Positions 63,795 to 64,000 of a stretch of 64,000 bases of DNA are shown here, in pieces. The stretch is taken from contig OZ024742.1 in assembly GCA_964016885.1 (NCBI GenBank), forward strand, positions 357,058,001 to 357,122,000. The letters run 5' to 3'. This DNA comes from Eledone cirrhosa. Taxonomy: Eukaryota. The translations under genes were made by a program, and so were the position numbers. The first letter of the stretch is position 1. Each line of letters starts with the position of its first letter. The notes beneath the pieces were generated by a model. The model did no database searches and was not told where the DNA came from. It saw only the letters and a list, made by a program, of their open reading frames with translations.

Positions 63795-63942
63795 GAATTC
63801 CTCCACCTCTTTCTGTTCAAATCGGCTGTAACCGGCCACTCATACTGATGTTAAGAAATTGTTCTCAACATAAATAATATCAAAATCTTACAGATTCATT
63901 GTAAAATAATTATGAGATAAAGCCTTTACCATGAAAATATAA
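63795..63942 (+). mobile_element. Partial piggyBac-like MITE, followed by a SINE end at the window edge
   Basis: GCCAGAATT..CACCTCT.TCTGTTCAAA..GAGATAAAGCCTTTAC shared with 10910-11040. The SINE is at 63940-64000 on minus. Confidence 0.6.
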
Positions 63943-64000
63943 TTGTTTCTGCTTTTGGCACAAGGACAGCAATTATTCCAGTGCATTACTGGTACTTTAT

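Overview
AT-rich, microsatellite-laden metazoan DNA, almost entirely repeats, with no confident host protein-coding gene. The repeat content (RTE LINEs with (GAT)n tails, an abundant tRNA-derived SINE) suggests an octopus or other cephalopod, which is an inference. It holds two near-full-length but decayed RTE LINEs, several truncated RTE, CR1 and Expander-like fragments, many SINEs, TTAA MITEs and a probable Helitron. The standout is a hammerhead-ribozyme (HHR) and Penelope-like element (PLE) system. At 36093-41845 a 310-bp unit is repeated about 17 times without visible divergence, then folds back into about 1.6 inverted units. Every unit carries a complete type-I hammerhead, which fits a retrozyme, i.e. 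a DNA concatemer of a small self-cleaving circular RNA. Two Naiad-type PLE GIY-YIG endonuclease remnants and at least six other unrelated families share the same architecture: an asymmetric fold-back with a one-sided tail, inserted in (TA)n, usually with a whole or half hammerhead. Coordinates were read by eye and are approximate to within a few to tens of bases at element edges.
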